Notes under the pieces: model-generated | The model's database searches: none | Told to the model about the DNA's origin: nothing | Seen by the model: the letters and a program-made list of their open reading frames with translations, nothing else | Translations under genes and position numbers: made by a program | Source of the DNA: Octopus sinensis | Taxonomy: Eukaryota | DNA: 10,666 nt | NCBI RefSeq assembly: GCF_006345805.1 | Contig: NW_021827298.1 | Span: 1 to 10,666, forward strand | Reading direction: 5' to 3' | Shown: positions 9,197-10,666 of the stretch, in pieces | Position numbering within the stretch: position 1 is the stretch's first letter | How the letters are laid out: every line of letters starts with the position of its first letter

Positions 9197-9520
9197 ATAT
9201 ATATATATATATGAATGGATCTATGTGTGTATATGCATACGCAGTTATATTTTGTATACATATGTGCATACATGTATATTTATATGTTTATATATATATG
9301 AATGTATGTATATATATGTATGAATGTATATATATATGTGTATGTATGTATACATATATATATGTGTGTGTGTATATATATGTAAGCATATACATATGTA
9401 TATATATATGCATATATATATGTGTATGTATATATATATGTGTATGTGTGTATATATATGAATGTATATATATATATACCTGTATACCTATACATATATA
9501 AACATATGCATACATATATA
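9051..9520. repeat. (TA)n and degenerate TA/TG simple sequence
   Basis: Read directly. Confidence 0.95.
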
Positions 9521-9967
9521 CGCACACTCCACCCCACCCACCTCCAGCTGCCGCACATACGCCTCTCGTTGTCTTCGAAAGGACACGCGCACTGACTGCC
9601 ACGTGTTGGTCGGTGTGTAGCTACTTTTGATGTCCCTGTGACATCCTTTGAAGAAAGAATATGCTACTCAGTCTCTGATTACTCAGAGAATAGCAGGGAC
9701 CTATATAATAGACACCAGAGTCAGGGAGAGGGAGAGAGAGAGAGAGAGGGGGTTACGGAGGCAAGGAGGGTGAGGGAGAGGGTTGGGAGGCAGTCGTAAT
9801 TGTCTGAGAGAGAAAGTTCAAGAGTGACACAATATAATAGATTGCTGTTGATGTTGTTTGGCCTCAAGTCAAGACTTGTTAAAGTGAGTCCAGCCGTGAC
9901 TATTCCGACTGATTGTATACGTATGGGTGTATGCATGTGTGTATATATACACACAACACACGCATTT

Positions 9968-9989
9968 ATATATATATATTATATATATA

Positions 9990-10032
<43 letters not shown>

Positions 10033-10045
10033 TATATATATATAA
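9968..10045. repeat. (TA)n microsatellite abutting the direct-repeat element
   Basis: Read directly. Confidence 0.95.
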
Positions 10046-10519
10046 CGTAAAATTATTTGCCAACTAATGTGGCGGTCCCATAGAGGGCGGTGTTTCTGTT
10101 GTTTTTAGCCCCAGGAAGACATCTCCAGCTGGCTAACGATACACTGTGTCCGGTTAGTATTTGTGAGGGGAGGTCTTCGCTTCTATCTCTAGCCTTACGC
10201 GATACACATAGACCCGTGTTTCTGAGTAGTTACCCGTCATCAGTGTGTGATAATCACTAGTTAGTGATAAAAACTCTTTCCACTCGAAAATACTCTATGC
10301 TGTTTCCCAGAGGCAAACAATCACTGATCTCGAAAACGGAGAAATAAGCTATATTAAATCTCTGAGTGAGAGTTAAACAGTAACAATACGGAATCGTAAA
10401 ATATATTTGCTAACTAAATGTGGCGGTCCCATAGAGGACGATGTTACTGTTGTTTCTTAGCCCCAGGAAGACATCTCTTCCAGCTGGCTAATGACACACT
10501 GTGTTTGTCCGATTAGTAT
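10046..10519 (-). mobile_element. Non-coding element with ~120 bp terminal direct repeats (period ~350 bp) and an internal hammerhead; retrozyme-like or non-autonomous Penelope-like
   Basis: 10046-10160 and 10395-10519 align with 7 substitutions and 5 small indels (about 85% by hand). Hammerhead motif at 10201-10255; TA-rich flanks on both sides; no TG...CA ends. Confidence 0.7.
10201..10255 (-). ncRNA. Minimal type I hammerhead ribozyme motif, slightly decayed
   Basis: Minus strand reads GATTAT CACACA CTGATGA C GGGT AACT ACTC A GAAA C ACGG GTC TATGTG TATC. Core CUGAUGA; stem II GGGU/ACUC with a C.A closing mismatch; GAAA; 2-bp stem III; GUC triplet (cut between +10211 and +10210); stem I CACACA/UAUGUG pairs 5 of 6. 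Confidence 0.8.
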
Positions 10520-10530
10520 GTATATATAAT

Positions 10531-10612
10531 AATCCCTCAACTATCACGGGGATTACGTTCTAAAACCCACCGCGATAGTTGAAAATCCGCAAAGTAGAAA
10601 CAATACTGTGCT
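10531..10612 (+). mobile_element. Probable left end of a pogo/Tigger-like DNA transposon
   Basis: AATCCCTCAACTATCACGGGGATTACGTTC...CCGCGATAGTTGAAAATCCGC resembles pogo/Tigger termini (from memory; terminal CAGT not preserved). Internal 13-bp inverted repeat 10537-10549/10570-10582. The other end is outside the window. Confidence 0.55.
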
Positions 10613-10666
10613 GTATATTTATCTTTTATAATTTGCATTTATTTATTTTATTATAACTGCAAAGCA

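Noticed and set aside
9672-9730. TATATAA (9702-9708) and hairpin TCTCTGA-TTAC-TCAGAGA as a possible promoter
   Set aside because: TATA-like words are common in this AT-rich window and there is no downstream exon or ORF to support it.
10046-10519. LTR/TRIM or CRISPR interpretation of the direct repeats
   Set aside because: No TG...CA termini, primer-binding site or polypurine tract; only two ~120 bp repeats in eukaryotic DNA, so not CRISPR.

Overview
Eukaryotic, AT-rich intergenic or intronic DNA packed with microsatellites, with no credible host protein-coding exon. The repeat content resembles octopus (cephalopod) genomes; this is recall of the SINE families, not a search. The window is mostly decayed transposons: a Penelope-like retroelement (RT plus GIY-YIG endonuclease, Naiad-like) at 1365-2727, two tRNA-derived SINEs, two copies of a foldback MITE, a decayed mariner/maT-like transposase, a pogo/Tigger-like end and two (TAA)n-associated repeats. 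The main hidden signal is three different minimal type I hammerhead ribozyme motifs: 3215-3267 (+), 6968-7007 (-) and 10201-10255 (-). Each lies in a different 270-470 bp non-coding element next to microsatellites. One sits in a ~350 bp unit bounded by ~120 bp direct repeats, resembling a metazoan retrozyme (circular-RNA retroelement) or a non-autonomous Penelope derivative. All structures were read by hand; folding, searches and cleavage assays remain to be done.
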